A DNA stretch of 64,000 nucleotides from an uncultured delta proteobacterium (GCA_963793865.1 CAWCBP010000001.1:544001-608000); one strand, 5' to 3'. Counted from the first letter of the stretch, positions 19,962 through 32,420 are shown. The notes: a model not told the origin generated them from the sequence alone. Made by a program: numbers and translations.

Positions 19962-21637
19962 GAAAGATTAACGTCATTGAAAAAAACGGAAATCTCTATT
20001 TCCAGCGTCTGACCCTAAATCAGCGATTGCAGCATATTGCCATTTTTTTATCCTTCACCGTGCTGGCTGTAACCGGTCTTCCCCTGAAGTTTCATCATAC
20101 CTTGTGGGGCGAACGGCTGTACGGGTATGTGGGCGGTATTAGCATTGCCCCCTTCATTCACCGGGTCAGTGCCGTTGCCATGACCCTCGCTTTTGTCTAC
20201 CACTTTTTGTACATTCTTGTATGCGCCTGGAAGTATTATCTCCTGCCGTTGCGTGAACGGGGAGAACTGTCGCTTACAAGCGGACTTCAGGCCCTGATGC
20301 GTATGCCCATGGTGCCAAACCTCACTGACATTAAAGAACTGCGCGCCGCCCTGAAATATTTTTTCTTTCTTACCAGGAAGCGTCCCTCACTGGTAGCGCA
20401 CGGGCTGAAAGAGAAGTTCGGTTACCTGGCGGTTTTCTGGGGCATACCGGTTATCGGCGCCTCGGGTTATTTTCTCTGGGGAGAGTCATTCTTTACCCGG
20501 TTTTTTTCCGGTAACGTGCTCAATTTCGCCTATATCGCGCACAGTGATGAGGCGCTGCTTGCCTCCATTGTAATCTTCATCTGGCATATTTACAATGTGC
20601 ATCTGACGCCGGCTGTTTTCCCCATGGGCAAGGCCTGGCTTTACGGCTTCGTGGGTGAAAAGGAGATGATCCAGTATCATTACCAGGATTACCTGAACGC
20701 CATGAAGGATGCAGGCTGCGAGGACCGGATCAAACCTCTCAGGGAGAGCTATGTGTACGAGGGAGGAATCTTACGGACGATTTTCATGAAGGGGTTCATG
20801 TCCGTTATGTTCGTGGCGGTTCTTGGAGCTTCCTTCATTATTTGCAAGGTTATTTATGAATCGGTGTTTGTCTTCGGCTACCAGATTGTTACCACGGAGT
20901 CAGCCCCCGCGGTAGAGCCGCTGGTGCAGCCCGACTTTATCCAGGAGATTGTCCTTGAGGACGAGGAGCAGAAGACCTTTTACCGGGGATACCGGTTCGT
21001 GCAGGAGAAAATGATCAAGGATCACTATCACCGCATCGAACTGGAAATTACCCCCGATGAGACCTCCCACTGCATTAAATGCCACGGTGACCTGCCTCAC
21101 GGCAAGTCCGAACATATCAGGGCGTTCCTCAACATGCACAATCTCTATTTTGCCTGTCAGACCTGCCATGTGCGGCCGTCCGCAGCGGAAGAACGGTTGC
21201 CGTACTACTGGTGTGACCGCAAAACCGGGGATGTGGTGCTCAACCCTGACATCGCCGACAAACCCATCGATTCACTGGGCATCCGCCTGACACCGTGTGT
21301 GACGTGCGGTGTTGCAATGGACCGGGATGCCGTTGCGCGCGAAAGGAAGAGTACGGAGAGTCTCATGGAGAGAATACAGGGAGAGGGCATTCCCAGAGCG
21401 GAGAAAAAGGAAATCGTGAAACAGATCCATGAGCATGTTGCCGAGCAGCCGCTGTCCTGCCGTGAGTGTCATACCCGGGAGAACCCGTTTCTCCCGTTCC
21501 GCACCGTAGGGTACTCTGAACAGCGAATTGCCCAGGTGGCAAGCGACCAGATAACCAAGATGATCAATGAATACAAGGAATTTTACACGCCCACATTCCT
21601 CGAACCGGGAAGAGGAACACGTGATGCCGGGGAGTAA
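19958..21637 (+). CDS. Cytochrome b - triheme cytochrome c fusion (module B)
   Basis: RLTLNQRLQH, IHR, AHSDEA and WHIYNVH cytochrome b motifs, then a TM helix and CIKCH, CQTCH, CRECH. Confidence 0.9.
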   Translation: MRKINVIEKNGNLYFQRLTLNQRLQHIAIFLSFTVLAVTGLPLKFHHTLWGERLYGYVGGISIAPFIHRVSAVAMTLAFVYHFLYILVCAWKYYLLPLRERGELSLTSGLQALMRMPMVPNLTDIKELRAALKYFFFLTRKRPSLVAHGLKEKFGYLAVFWGIPVIGASGYFLWGESFFTRFFSGNVLNFAYIAHSDEALLASIVIFIWHIYNVHLTPAVFPMGKAWLYGFVGEKEMIQYHYQDYLNAMKDAGCEDRIKPLRESYVYEGGILRTIFMKGFMSVMFVAVLGASFIICKVIYESVFVFGYQIVTTESAPAVEPLVQPDFIQEIVLEDEEQKTFYRGYRFVQEKMIKDHYHRIELEITPDETSHCIKCHGDLPHGKSEHIRAFLNMHNLYFACQTCHVRPSAAEERLPYYWCDRKTGDVVLNPDIADKPIDSLGIRLTPCVTCGVAMDRDAVARERKSTESLMERIQGEGIPRAEKKEIVKQIHEHVAEQPLSCRECHTRENPFLPFRTVGYSEQRIAQVASDQITKMINEYKEFYTPTFLEPGRGTRDAGE

Positions 21638-22574
21638 ACCGTTCATTCGTACGCTGCAGGCGTGCTGCCTGTTTTTTCTCGCTCTCGCCGGTGCGGGCAT
21701 GGTGCGGGCGCAGGGGCCAATGCCGGTTATTGCCTCGCGTCATCTCTTTGACCTGGAGGCCCAATTGTTGCATCCCAGCGACGTGGCGCTCGGTTTGGAG
21801 GGACGCATCTATGTCCTTGACGGCGTAAATAACCGCGTGGTTATCTTTACCTCGGCGGGGAAATATGCTGCTTCGTTCGGTGCCGGAGGGAAGGGGAGGG
21901 TCGGGCTGAAGAGCCCGCTGGGCCTGGACATCGACAGGGACGGCACGGTCTATATCGCCGATTCGGGCAATCGTCTCATTCAGGTATTCGGTCCCCTCGG
22001 AGAATTCAGGTTTGAGTTTCCGGTAAAGCCGCAGGGAAGCGGCCGGCCGGCTGACCCGGTGGATGTGGTGCTCGATGAGTCGCAGGACCGCTGCTACGTG
22101 ATCGACAACGACAACCACCGGATTCTGGTTTACGGTAAGGATGGGTCCGGCCCGCTCAAGGTGTGGGGCGGCAGCGGCGAGAAGCCGGGGGAGTTTCAAT
22201 ACCCCTTCCTGGGCACTCTGGACAGCCAGTCAACCCTCCTGGTGGTGGATGTTCTTAACACCCGGGTGCAGGCCATCAACACCGAAGGCAGGGCCATGGC
22301 TTACATAGGCAAGTGGGGAGTGGACCGGGGGCAATTTTACCGGCCCAAGGGTGTCGCCGTGGATAAAAAAGACCGCATCTATGTAAGTGACAGCTACCTG
22401 GGAGTGGTGCAGGTTTTTGAAAGATTTAGAAAATTTCTGGGTGTTGTGGGCAATCACGAAAAGCAGATGATAAAGTTTTCAACACCGGTGGGCATCACCA
22501 TAGGTGATGATTTAAGGCTGTACGTGGTGGAAATGCAGCTCAATAAAGTGTCGGTCTATCAGATAGTGGAATAG
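21621..22574 (+). CDS. Secreted NHL-repeat beta-propeller (module B)
   Basis: Close paralog of 3819..4775 (PSDVA, LDGVNNRV, DNDNHR, YRPKGVA, SDSYLG). Confidence 0.9.
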   Translation: MMPGSKPFIRTLQACCLFFLALAGAGMVRAQGPMPVIASRHLFDLEAQLLHPSDVALGLEGRIYVLDGVNNRVVIFTSAGKYAASFGAGGKGRVGLKSPLGLDIDRDGTVYIADSGNRLIQVFGPLGEFRFEFPVKPQGSGRPADPVDVVLDESQDRCYVIDNDNHRILVYGKDGSGPLKVWGGSGEKPGEFQYPFLGTLDSQSTLLVVDVLNTRVQAINTEGRAMAYIGKWGVDRGQFYRPKGVAVDKKDRIYVSDSYLGVVQVFERFRKFLGVVGNHEKQMIKFSTPVGITIGDDLRLYVVEMQLNKVSVYQIVE

Positions 22575-22580
22575 GAGCCG

Positions 22581-24646
22581 ATGAAAACGGGATGTTCGCA
22601 ACCAGCGCGGGGATGTGACGGGTTGTGCAGCGCAGTGCTTGTATGCACCTGTGCCCTGTTGCTTTCCTGGTGTCTGCTTGCACCGGCACGGGCGCAGATG
22701 CTTCATCCCGACAAACCCGATTCGGCCAAAAAATGCGCGATCTGCCACCTTGAGTGGGTGTATCCCTTTTATGCCGAACATCGTGACGGCGAACTCATCG
22801 CCCGGTCCAAGGGAGAAGTGGTCGCCTCAGCGGAGATGTGCTTTTCCTGCCACGACGGTTCGGTAGCCGATTCCCGCAAAACCGTCTTTCATGATCCCGG
22901 CCATCGTGCAGGTGTGCTTCCTTCGGATAGAATTACCGTACCCAAAGACTTTCCTCTCGATAATCAGGGAAGACTTCAGTGCGCTACCTGTCACACGCCT
23001 CATGCCCTTGCGGGCAAGGCCGGTGAAGCCATAGAAATTTTTTTCAGGGTTACCAACCGGGATTCCAACCTGTGCCGGACCTGCCACCGCGATAAAGAAG
23101 GGGGCCCCGCGCGGGGCAATCACTCGATTAATGTGACGGTGTCAAAGCAACCTGATGCGGTCGTGCTTGCCGGCGGCCGCTTCGGTGATACCGTGCCGGA
23201 CGGGATTATTTGTGAAACCTGCCATGTTGCCCATGGCGGTGTGAACGACAAGTTTCTGGTGCTGTCTGCGGAAGATACCAGCCGTTCTGTTCTGTGCATT
23301 GCCTGTCATGGTTACAGCCCCCTTGCCCCGGGCAGCAGCCCGGCTGACGCGGGGAGCCACCCGGTTAATGTGAAGCCGCGGCGATGCAGGCTTCCCTCCC
23401 GCTGGTCAACCGGCGCGGCGGTGGTGGCGGGCAGCAACGGTGAGCTGATCTGCCGAACCTGCCACAGTCCGCACGGCGCTTTTGACAACAATCATCTGCT
23501 GGTTGAACACAACACCAGGGACTCCATCTGCCTGCAGTGCCACGGGGATAAAAAGTCCATTGCCGGCTCCAGCCATGATCTGAAAACCAGCGCCCCGGAT
23601 GAAACGAACATCAGGGGAGAGCCGGCGGCCTCGCTGGGGCCGTGTTCCTCCTGCCATCTCGTCCACCGGGGGGCGGGCCGGCTGATGTGGGCCCGGCAGC
23701 AGCGGATTGACCAGCGGCCGGGGGATAGCTGCCTGAACTGCCACTCACCCGATGGCGTGGCCAAAAAGATGCTGCCCGCTTCCTTTTCCCATCCTATGGG
23801 AATTACCGTATCGCTTCCGGGCAGATCGCTTTCGCTTCCCCTGTTCGATGGACGGGGAGAAAATGTGCAGGGGGAAATCCGCTGTACGACCTGCCATGAG
23901 TTGCACAATCCCCTGCCCTTATACCAGGACCCTGCCCGGGCAGGCACAACCCACAGCACGTTTCTTCGCCGGGGTGAGAAGGGCAGGTCCGGGGTGTGCA
24001 TTGACTGTCATCAGCGTTATGAACTGGTCGAGGATACGGATCATGACCTGCGATTGACGGCCCCATCTTTTAAGAATATCTCTGGGAAAACGCCGGAGCA
24101 GGGAGGCCTGTGCAGTTCCTGTCACGTGGCACACGGAGCACGTAATCAGAAGCACCTCTGGTCAGCTCCTCTCGGTCCGACCCTGATTGAGGGCTGGAAT
24201 CCGTCGTACACGACCCCCGATAATATTATGACCCGGTTATGCACGGGGTGTCATGCCCCGGAAGGGATTGCCGGGAAACACGTTCCTCAGTTTGGGCTGC
24301 ATCCCCGGGAGAACCTGCAGGTGGTGGGAGGGGAGCATCTCCTTTGAAAAGACCAAAGATGAGTTTCCGGTTTTTACCGATGATGGCGATATCGCCGCTA
24401 ACGGCGCTATTGTTTGCTCGACCTGCCATAATCCGCACCAGTGGAACCCCTCTGCCCGCGATAAAAGGGCCAGGCAGGCCGGCGGTGGACGGGGAAGGGA
24501 ATGTGACCAACAGCTTTTTGAGGCCCAACCTTCATACTAAGTTCTGCACCGGGTGCCACGGCGGCGAAAGCATAGTGATGTTCAAGTATTTTCACAGCGC
24601 CATCGGAAGGCAGAAAAAGCAAGAAAACGCTCCCTTTGCGCAATAA
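22581..24646 (+). CDS. 16-heme cytochrome c (module B), two frameshifts near 24335 and 24470
   Basis: 14 CXXCH in 22581..24347, CSTCH in the ORF 24253 frame and CTGCH in the ORF 24239 frame. Ends NSFLRP...FKYFHS like its paralogs. Confidence 0.85.
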
Positions 24647-24667
24647 TAGCGACCGGATAACTCTGCA

Positions 24668-25646
24668 ATGAGCATGAAAAGAATGTGTTGTAACAGTAAC
24701 CTGATATGCGGTTTTATCACGCTGGCCGTCACCGTATTGCTGTGTTTCCCCGGCAGTCCCGCCCATGCCTATAAAGTGACGCGGGTTACACATCTCCTGG
24801 ATCTCTCCCAGGGATTCCTTCAGCCAAGCGACGTGGCCGTGGGCCAGAACGGCCTCATCTATGTGGTGGATGGCGTGAATAACCGCGTTGTGGTCTTTGA
24901 CCGGTCGGGAAAGATGAGCTTCAGCTTCGGCACAAGGGGATCTGACCGGGGGCAGTTCAATGCGCCGCTTGGGAATCAGCAACTGATCGGGGTGGTAACG
25001 TCTATATTGCCGATACAGGGAACCGCCGGGTGCAGATTTTTACCGCGCGGGGAAGTGTCACGTCCATTGTTCCCATCGCATCTGCGGCAGGTGAGAAACC
25101 GGCCGATCCGGTTGACTGTGCGGTTGATGACACCCGGCAGCGGCTCTATGTGGTCGATAACGACAACCATCACCTGCTGGTGTATTCACTGACTGACTTG
25201 AAGCTTGTGGAACGCTGGGGTTCCGAGGGTGACGGCACCCGTGCCTTCCGATATCCCTTCCTCACCGCACTTGGCGCCGATACCGCCGTGCTGGTGGTCG
25301 ATGTGCTCAATACCCGGGTCCAGGTCTGGTCACCCCGGGAGAAGTGATTTCCAGCATAGGGGGGTACGGGGTTGACCTCGGGCAGCTTTACCGGCCGAAG
25401 GGTGTGTGCATTAACGGAGAGAATACTGTTTTTGTGAGTGACAGCTATCTCGGCGCCATTCAGGTATTTAATCGCTTCGGCAATTTTCAATCGGTGGTGG
25501 CTGATGAGCAAGGGAATGTTTTGCAATGGACGGCACCGGTCGGCATAACCATAGACGACCGGCAGAACCTGTATGTGGTGGATATGCTGGCAAACCGGGT
25601 GCGAGTTTATCATATTGTGGATACGGTTGAAAAGGATAGGTTATAA
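24668..25646 (+). CDS. Secreted NHL-repeat beta-propeller (module C), frameshifted twice
   Basis: ORFs 24668..25192, 25030..25347 and 25344..25646 together rebuild a full paralog of the other two NHL proteins. Confidence 0.85.
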
Positions 25647-28321
25647 TGAACAGACACCGGATGATCAGACTCTCTCTGTGTTTCAGCCTGTTTGCTTTAT
25701 TGTCCTTGCACGCTGCAGAACTTCTTGCCAGTGATCCGCAGAATTGTCTTTTTTGTCATAAGTACCGCAGGCTCAGAGTGTATGATGAGGCGGGAACGCT
25801 CAACAATTATTATGTTGATACCACGACTTTTCATCAGTCCATCCACCGTTCGGTAACCTGCATCGGGTGTCATAGCGATGTGAGCAAGGTGCCCCACGGT
25901 GAGGTTGAACACGTCGACTGTGCCAAGATCTGCCACCTGGACCGGTTTGCGGTCATGACCGGAGAGAATTTTTCCCACAGCGACGTGGCGAACAATCTGC
26001 GGCAGAGCGTGCACGGCGTGAAGCCTGATGACCCGCCTGAGGTTGCCCAGCTCAAACCCGATTGCAAATACTGTCATTTGAATGATCTGTATGCCCTGCC
26101 GGAGGAACTGCCCACCGATGCGGTGCTGAAGCGCTGTCTCAACTGCCACAAGGAGGAGGGCCTCCACGAGGTCTTCACCCACATATCACACCGTTTCAAA
26201 CTCAAGACCAGCCGACCGCCCCTGGAGATTGTGGAGCTCTGTTCGAGCTGTCATGCTGACCGGGACTTTCACACGGTCATGGGATTTACCGGGCCCAGGG
26301 CGGAGGCGGTTGAGACCTACAAGGAGACCATCCACTATCGGATTCTCCAGCTGGGGGGAAAGGATACGGCCCACTGTATCAGCTGCCACGCCTCTGAAAG
26401 CATACATGATATAAGACCTCCGTCCGATCCCCAATCCTCCCTCCATCCTGACAAACGCTATGAGACCTGCAGGGCGGGTGAGTGCCATACCGGCGCCAGC
26501 CCCATGATTGCATCAGTGGACAGCCACCTGAGCAAGCACAAGGACAAGGGGCCCGAGATTCATATCGTGGAAATCATCATGCAAGGGGTGATGTTCTTCA
26601 CGCTTTTCTTTCTCTTCACCCTCATGGGAATGGAAACCTACCGGCGGCTGCGAAACAGGGATGCCAGGTTTTTCCGCTGGCTGAGAAAGCCGAAGCCCCT
26701 GCATCAAACCGACCTGGAAGTAAAAGGACCCCGCTTCCGCATTCCCAATCTGCACCGCTATGTCACCTTCAACCCCAAAGGTGATTATACCCGCTATTCC
26801 ATGCACATTGTCATTAATCACACGCTCATGGTCATAGCCTTTACCGTATCGGTGATAACCGGGCTGCCGCTCTTTTTTCACAATTCTGCCTCTTTCCCAT
26901 CAGGTCATCGATCTTATGGGAGGCATCAATACAACCCGCTTACATCCACCGGCTGAGCGCGATACTCTTCACTGCCGATTGTATATACCACGTGCTGGTG
27001 CTCCTCTGCGGTTCCGTAAAAAAGCTGTTACAGAGTTCCTTTGATGTGAGGCGTACCCAGGTCCCGCTGCTCAAAGGATGCCAAGGATCTGTATCAGGAT
27101 TTTCGCTATTTTCTGGGCTTGAGCGCGACCCGGCCGCCAATGGAAAAGTTCATGTATAAACAGAAGGTGCACTATCTGGCCATGGTCTGGGGATGTTCGG
27201 TGCTTACCCTCTCCGGCTGCTGCCTGCTCTTCCCCGAGCTGATGGTGAAGTATCTGCCCTTTCCCAAGGTATCATTTAACGTGCTTCGGCTGATGCACGC
27301 CGAGGAATCCGTTCTGGCATTTTTGGTAATAACCCTGTGGCACATGTATAACGTGCACGTTGCGCCTGGCCGCTTCCCGGTGCAGTGGACCTTCTGGAAC
27401 GGGAAGATCAACAAGGACCATCAAATCGAAGAGCACTATCTCGAGTACGAGCGACAGGTGAAGGAGGGCATCGCGCAGGACGAGGCGGCAGGGCTGCCCG
27501 CAGCTCCTGCCGGTTCCCGCCCCTCAGAGCCGGTCAAAAAATCTTCATTTGAGGCCTGGCTGATTTTTGTCATGACGCTTTTTCTTGCAGCCGGAGCCAG
27601 CGGCTATTTGACGTTCCGGGTGCAGTTTGAAAAGAAAAAGGAGCCCCCCGCCGCAAAAACGATAGAGGCTTCCTACCAGACCCTGCGCGTCAAAGACCAG
27701 GAGCGGAAGCAGCTGCATGAACATTTCCATCTCACCACCGAGGACCGCAACCTGGAGGCGTGGGCGGAAAAGGATGCCTGCATCATCTGCCATTCCCCGT
27801 ATCCCCACGGGAAAAAGTCCAAGGCCAAGGCGCTGATGAACCTGCATACCGAGTTTTTAACCTGCCAGTCCTGCCATATAAAAATAGAGCAGGGAGAGCA
27901 GATACGATTCGGCTGGATCAATCCCACCGGATTCAAGCCCACCGGGAAGCCGTATGGCACAACCATCGATCCGCAAACCGGCATGTTTGCGCAGACGGAT
28001 GATCACTATTCAAAACTAACCCCCTTCCGAAAGGTTGATGGGGCGTGGGGGCCGGTCATACCGCAGACGGCAGCAGAGCTGGATCTCAAGCCGACCGTTG
28101 ATTACAGCCATATTGAGGATTGGGAAAAGTACCATACGGAAACCGAACTCGATGAATTCGTGCGGTGCTCGTCCTGCCATGCTCCCGCCGGGATCCTGGA
28201 TTTTGCCGGCCTCGGCTTTGAGCCCGCCCGGGTGAACCAGCTGGAAAGGCTCGAGGTGAGCGGCATGTTTACCAATTACGAGGTGTTTTACTTTCCCGAT
28301 CTGTTTCAGGATAAATTCTAG
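25646..28321 (+). CDS. Fused octaheme c - cytochrome b - triheme c protein (CbcL-like with an extra C-terminal triheme), module C; frameshifts at 26890-27075
   Basis: ORF 25646..26956 has 6 CXXCH plus CAKICH and CRAGECH, a TM helix and the first cytochrome b helix. The manual bridge reads LSHQVIDLMGG...YIHRLSA...KDAKDLYQDFRYFLG. ORF 27119..28321 has the cytochrome b C-half plus CIICH, CQSCH, CSSCH. Confidence 0.82.
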
Positions 28322-28331
28322 CAGGCTGTTG

Positions 28332-30342
28332 ATGAGTATGAGAAGCAGTATATTTCTCTTTTCAGTTCTGGTGTGGCAGACTGCGGTCGCGGTTTCAGGC
28401 GCCGATGGGCAGACAATGGACCATGCCCGGAAGGCGGATACGGCGAAGAAGTGCAGCATCTGCCATTACCGCTGGGTGTACACCTTCTATGTGGAGCACC
28501 GTCCAACGCCCATTGCGCCGCTGCAGGAGAAAAAGGTCGAGGGAGAACAGCGGATGTGCCTTTCCTGTCATGACGGCTCGGTTCGTGATTCACGCGACAG
28601 GATCTGCAATGATCCGGGTCACCGGGTCGGGGTAAAGCCTTCCGCAGCGATTCGGATTCCGGAGAACTTCCCGCTGGATGAGCAGGGCGGGCTGCTCTGC
28701 GTCACCTGTCATACCCCTCATGCACTGACCAAAGACGACGATCGCCTGGTGGAATTTTTTCTGCGCGCGCCGAATACCAACTCCTCGCTCTGCAAGCAGT
28801 GCCATATAACCAGGCAGGGAGGAAAGACGCAGGGGAATCATCCGATTGACATAGCAGCCCCTTCAAATCCTGCTCCCATCATCGAGGCGGGAGGCAGGAT
28901 GGGGACCGAGCGCCCGTATCAGATAATCTGCGAGACCTGCCATATTCCCCACGGGGGGGTGAACAACAAGTTTCTGGTGCTTTCGGTGGAGGATCCCAGG
29001 ACCAGATCAGTGCTGTGCGAGGTGTGCCATACCGCAAAGCCGGGGCTGGCAGCCGATGCCTCACTCAACCGCTTTTCCCACCCGATGGATCTGACCGCCG
29101 ATAGTCGGGTGAGCATACCGAAAAAGTGGAAAGGGGGAGGCGCCGTGGTGCTCGGGAGCGGCGGTGAACTGGTATGCCGTACCTGCCATATACCGCATGG
29201 TGCGGCCGACAAAGACTACCTGCTTGCCGAGCGCAACCAGCAGGATTCCCTCTGCGTGCAGTGTCACGCTGATCAGCGGGGGATCGCCGATGCCAGCCAC
29301 TACCGGAAGGTAATCAGCCGGGATGAACGGAATATCAAAGGGCAGGCGGCATCAGCCCTCGGCCCCTGTTCCCCCTGTCACCTGGTGCATCAAGGAACGG
29401 ATGAGCTGATGTGGGCGCGGCGAGTGCCAAAGCCGTCTGCTCCGCCCGGGGAAATCTGCAAGAGCTGCCACTCGCCGGAGGGCGAGGCCAAAGAGGTGGT
29501 TCCTGCTCCCTATTCGCATCCCATGAATAGTGCCGCGTCGCTTCCCGGCACATCGCTCGTGCTTCCGCTCTTTGCCGGGCCGGGGAAAAACCGGGAGGGG
29601 GAAATCCGCTGCAGCACCTGCCATGATTTTCACAACCCCCTTCCCCTGCGGCCTGGTAGGGCACCTGCCGCTGAAAAGCAGGGCGCCTATCTGCGCCTGT
29701 CGGCGGATGGCGCTTCAGCCCTTTGCGTGAACTGCCACCCCGGCCAGGCTTTGGTTAAGGGAACGGATCATGACCTCGGAGTGACCGCCCCCGATTATAT
29801 TGCCGGCCTTGAGAAACCGGTTGCGCCGGGTGATACATGCGCATGCTGTCACCGGGCGCACGCAACCAAACCGCTTCCCTATCTCTGGTCTGCGCCCCTT
29901 GGACCCGAGCGTGATTGAAGGCTGGGAAAAGACGGCTACGGCACAGAGCGATGTGATGGTCATGATGTGTACCGGCTGTCACGCACCGGGAAGGGTTGCC
30001 CAGGCAGCGGTTCCGAGTTTTGGCCTCCATCCCCGCGAGAAGACGGTACCGGGGATGCCGGTGGTGGAAATGACGGAGGTAACTGGCAGGTTTCCTCTCT
30101 TTACCGATGAGGGTGAGAAAAAAGCAGAAGGACATATTGTTTGTGCAACCTGCCATAATCCCCATCAATGGGATCCCCGCCTGGATTCGCCGGGAGAGGG
30201 GAAGAACAGCAAGGGCAATGTGACAAACAGTTTTTTAAGACCAAACCTCGCTGCCGAGTTTTGCAGCGGATGTCATGGATTGGAAGCCATCACCAGATTC
30301 ACTTATTTTCACAGCCCGCAGGGAAGAAAAACCGGCAATTGA
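28332..30342 (+). CDS. 16-heme cytochrome c (module C), frameshift near 29910
   Basis: 13 CXXCH in 28329..29918 plus 3 in 29800..30342; collinear with the 22581 paralog. Confidence 0.85.
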
Positions 30343-30483
30343 GCCGATGGCCGGTCAGCGTGCCCCTGGTGCCGGCACATCTCTCTTTCGAAAACGATGT
30401 CTATGAATGCAATCGTATATGCATGTCGAGATCAATCGGGGTGCCGGGATGGCGTCGCACCCCATGTGCCGTGTCCTTCTTCC

Positions 30484-32187
30484 ATGCGATCCAGGCGGTT
30501 CGGCTGCTGCTGGCTCGTCATACCCCTTATCTGTCTGATGATGATCTGCGTGGGGGGCGTAACCCCTGTGTGCGCCGGGGAAATGCAGCACGAGATAGTC
30601 AATCCCCACTGGACCGGCAAATACTGTGCCGAATGTCACCTCGAAGACAATCCCCAGGGCAAAGAGGCGGCGCTCCGGTTTAACGGCGACTCGGTTCAAA
30701 TCTGCAACCGCTGTCATGAGACTGAGTTTGCGCGCCCCGATGTGCACCCGGTGGGCGTCGCCCTTGCGGAAGGCATGGAAAAAACCATGCCCGAAACATT
30801 TCCCCTCGATGAAGGGAAACTGAGCTGTCTTACCTGTCATGATGTCCTTTCCCAGATGAAAGCCGATGTTGTGCTCAAGACCACCAACCGCAAATTTATC
30901 AGGGGGGCGCCCTATGAAACGCTTTCCACCTTTTGTTTTTTCTGCCATAGGCAGGAGGAATACAAGAAAACCAATCCTCATCAGCAGCTTGACAATGAAG
31001 GAAGGATAATTGAAGAGCGCTGTCTTTTCTGTCACCAATCGGTGCCTGACCCGCTGCGGGCTAAAAATATACATGATGTTTCCTTTACAACAACCCTCTC
31101 ACAGTATTGTGTCAATTGCCATTTTCAACAAAAGACCGCACATCCCGCCCGGGCAGATCATCTGGTGGCGCTCCCCGATTTTCTGAAGGCATCCGTGCCG
31201 GAGCGCGCCAGGGCGCAGCATGCCGAACTGCCGCTTGACGGTGACCGCATCTTCTGCGGCACCTGCCATAATCCCCATGAAAAAGGGGTTATACAGAGGC
31301 GCGAGGCCGCTGCCGGCGCGGGGGAAGAATATTTTCTCAGGCTCAATGGCGGTTACCCTCTCTGCGTTACCTGCCACCAGGACAAGGAGTTGAAGCAGGC
31401 GGAAGGGTCGCTCCGCACGACCGAAGGGCCGCCGGGTCTGCCCCAGGAGCTGATATCGTCACATAAGCCGGCAGCTGAGTATAAGTGCAAACGCTGCCAC
31501 GCGATAACCGCAGACAACCGGGAACGGCCGCGGGCACTCTCGCTCTGCTTTACAACCGATTGTCATAAGACAGAAATGCTCAATCAGGAATTTGTCCATG
31601 AAATAACCGTGGGGGAGAACTGTTACCTGTGCCACTCCTCCCATTCTTCCACCTATGCAAAACTGCTCAGGCTTGACAGGGGAAAACTGTGCCGGAGCTG
31701 CCACCCGCTGATGCGCGACAGCACCGGCAGACTGGCTGCCGGGCCGGATCAGCCTGGCGGAGATGCGTGGCGCATCGGTAACAGGGCAGCGCCGCTTCCG
31801 GTTGCGGATCAGAAAGCGGTAAGCCGAGGTGCATTTGAAAAAAGCAGCAAGGAGCATGCCGCGTTTACGCAGTTTATGCTCTCGACATCGATTCCGCCGG
31901 GTCGCGAGTGCGGCTTCTGCCATAGTCCTGACCATAAAAAGGAACTGGGGACCGTAGCGATGGATGTCTGTGCCCGCTGTCACACCTTTGTGCGGGACAC
32001 GCGTGCCGGTAAATCCAAGGCCCCCCTGAACATACATGACACATTTCAGGAGAAAGCGTGCACCGCCTGTCACGATCCCCATGCGGCACCGTATCAGCAT
32101 GTTCTCAAAAAACCATTGGAGACATACCTCCCGAGTGAGATAAGAACCCCGCCGCTATCTTCTCAGCAGCCAGATCAGACTTATTAG
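30484..32187 (+). CDS. Periplasmic 15-heme cytochrome c (module C)
   Basis: 14 CXXCH plus CFTTDCH; paralog of 7650..9287 (shared TNPHQQ, HPARADH/HPARANH, IFCGTCHNPHEKG). Start codon uncertain (30397-30484). Confidence 0.9.
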   Translation: MRSRRFGCCWLVIPLICLMMICVGGVTPVCAGEMQHEIVNPHWTGKYCAECHLEDNPQGKEAALRFNGDSVQICNRCHETEFARPDVHPVGVALAEGMEKTMPETFPLDEGKLSCLTCHDVLSQMKADVVLKTTNRKFIRGAPYETLSTFCFFCHRQEEYKKTNPHQQLDNEGRIIEERCLFCHQSVPDPLRAKNIHDVSFTTTLSQYCVNCHFQQKTAHPARADHLVALPDFLKASVPERARAQHAELPLDGDRIFCGTCHNPHEKGVIQRREAAAGAGEEYFLRLNGGYPLCVTCHQDKELKQAEGSLRTTEGPPGLPQELISSHKPAAEYKCKRCHAITADNRERPRALSLCFTTDCHKTEMLNQEFVHEITVGENCYLCHSSHSSTYAKLLRLDRGKLCRSCHPLMRDSTGRLAAGPDQPGGDAWRIGNRAAPLPVADQKAVSRGAFEKSSKEHAAFTQFMLSTSIPPGRECGFCHSPDHKKELGTVAMDVCARCHTFVRDTRAGKSKAPLNIHDTFQEKACTACHDPHAAPYQHVLKKPLETYLPSEIRTPPLSSQQPDQTY

Positions 32188-32318
32188 GGCCGAGTCCTGA
32201 TGCCGGAAAGCAGTAAATCCTTGCTACGCGGGTTTTGCACCCATGTCAGGAGCGCAAACAGAGATCACAGGGTGTTTGCCGGCGGAATAGGGAGTGTGCC
32301 TTGAATAAACAAAAATCA

Positions 32319-32347
32319 TTGACAAGAAAACACGGCATTATTATAGT
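32319..32347 (+). promoter_or_regulatory. Sigma-70 promoter of the tetraheme c554-like gene
   Basis: TTGACA-N17-TATAGT. Confidence 0.7.
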
Positions 32348-32420
32348 CGGCGGCAATTAAACGGCGGGGGAGGGGTGGGAAACGGATGGTTACTACATTT
32401 TCAGAAAGGAGTTTAGGCAG

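Noticed and set aside
21296..21310. CVTCG as a fourth heme site in the module B triheme domain
   Set aside because: Lacks the His and is absent from both paralogs.
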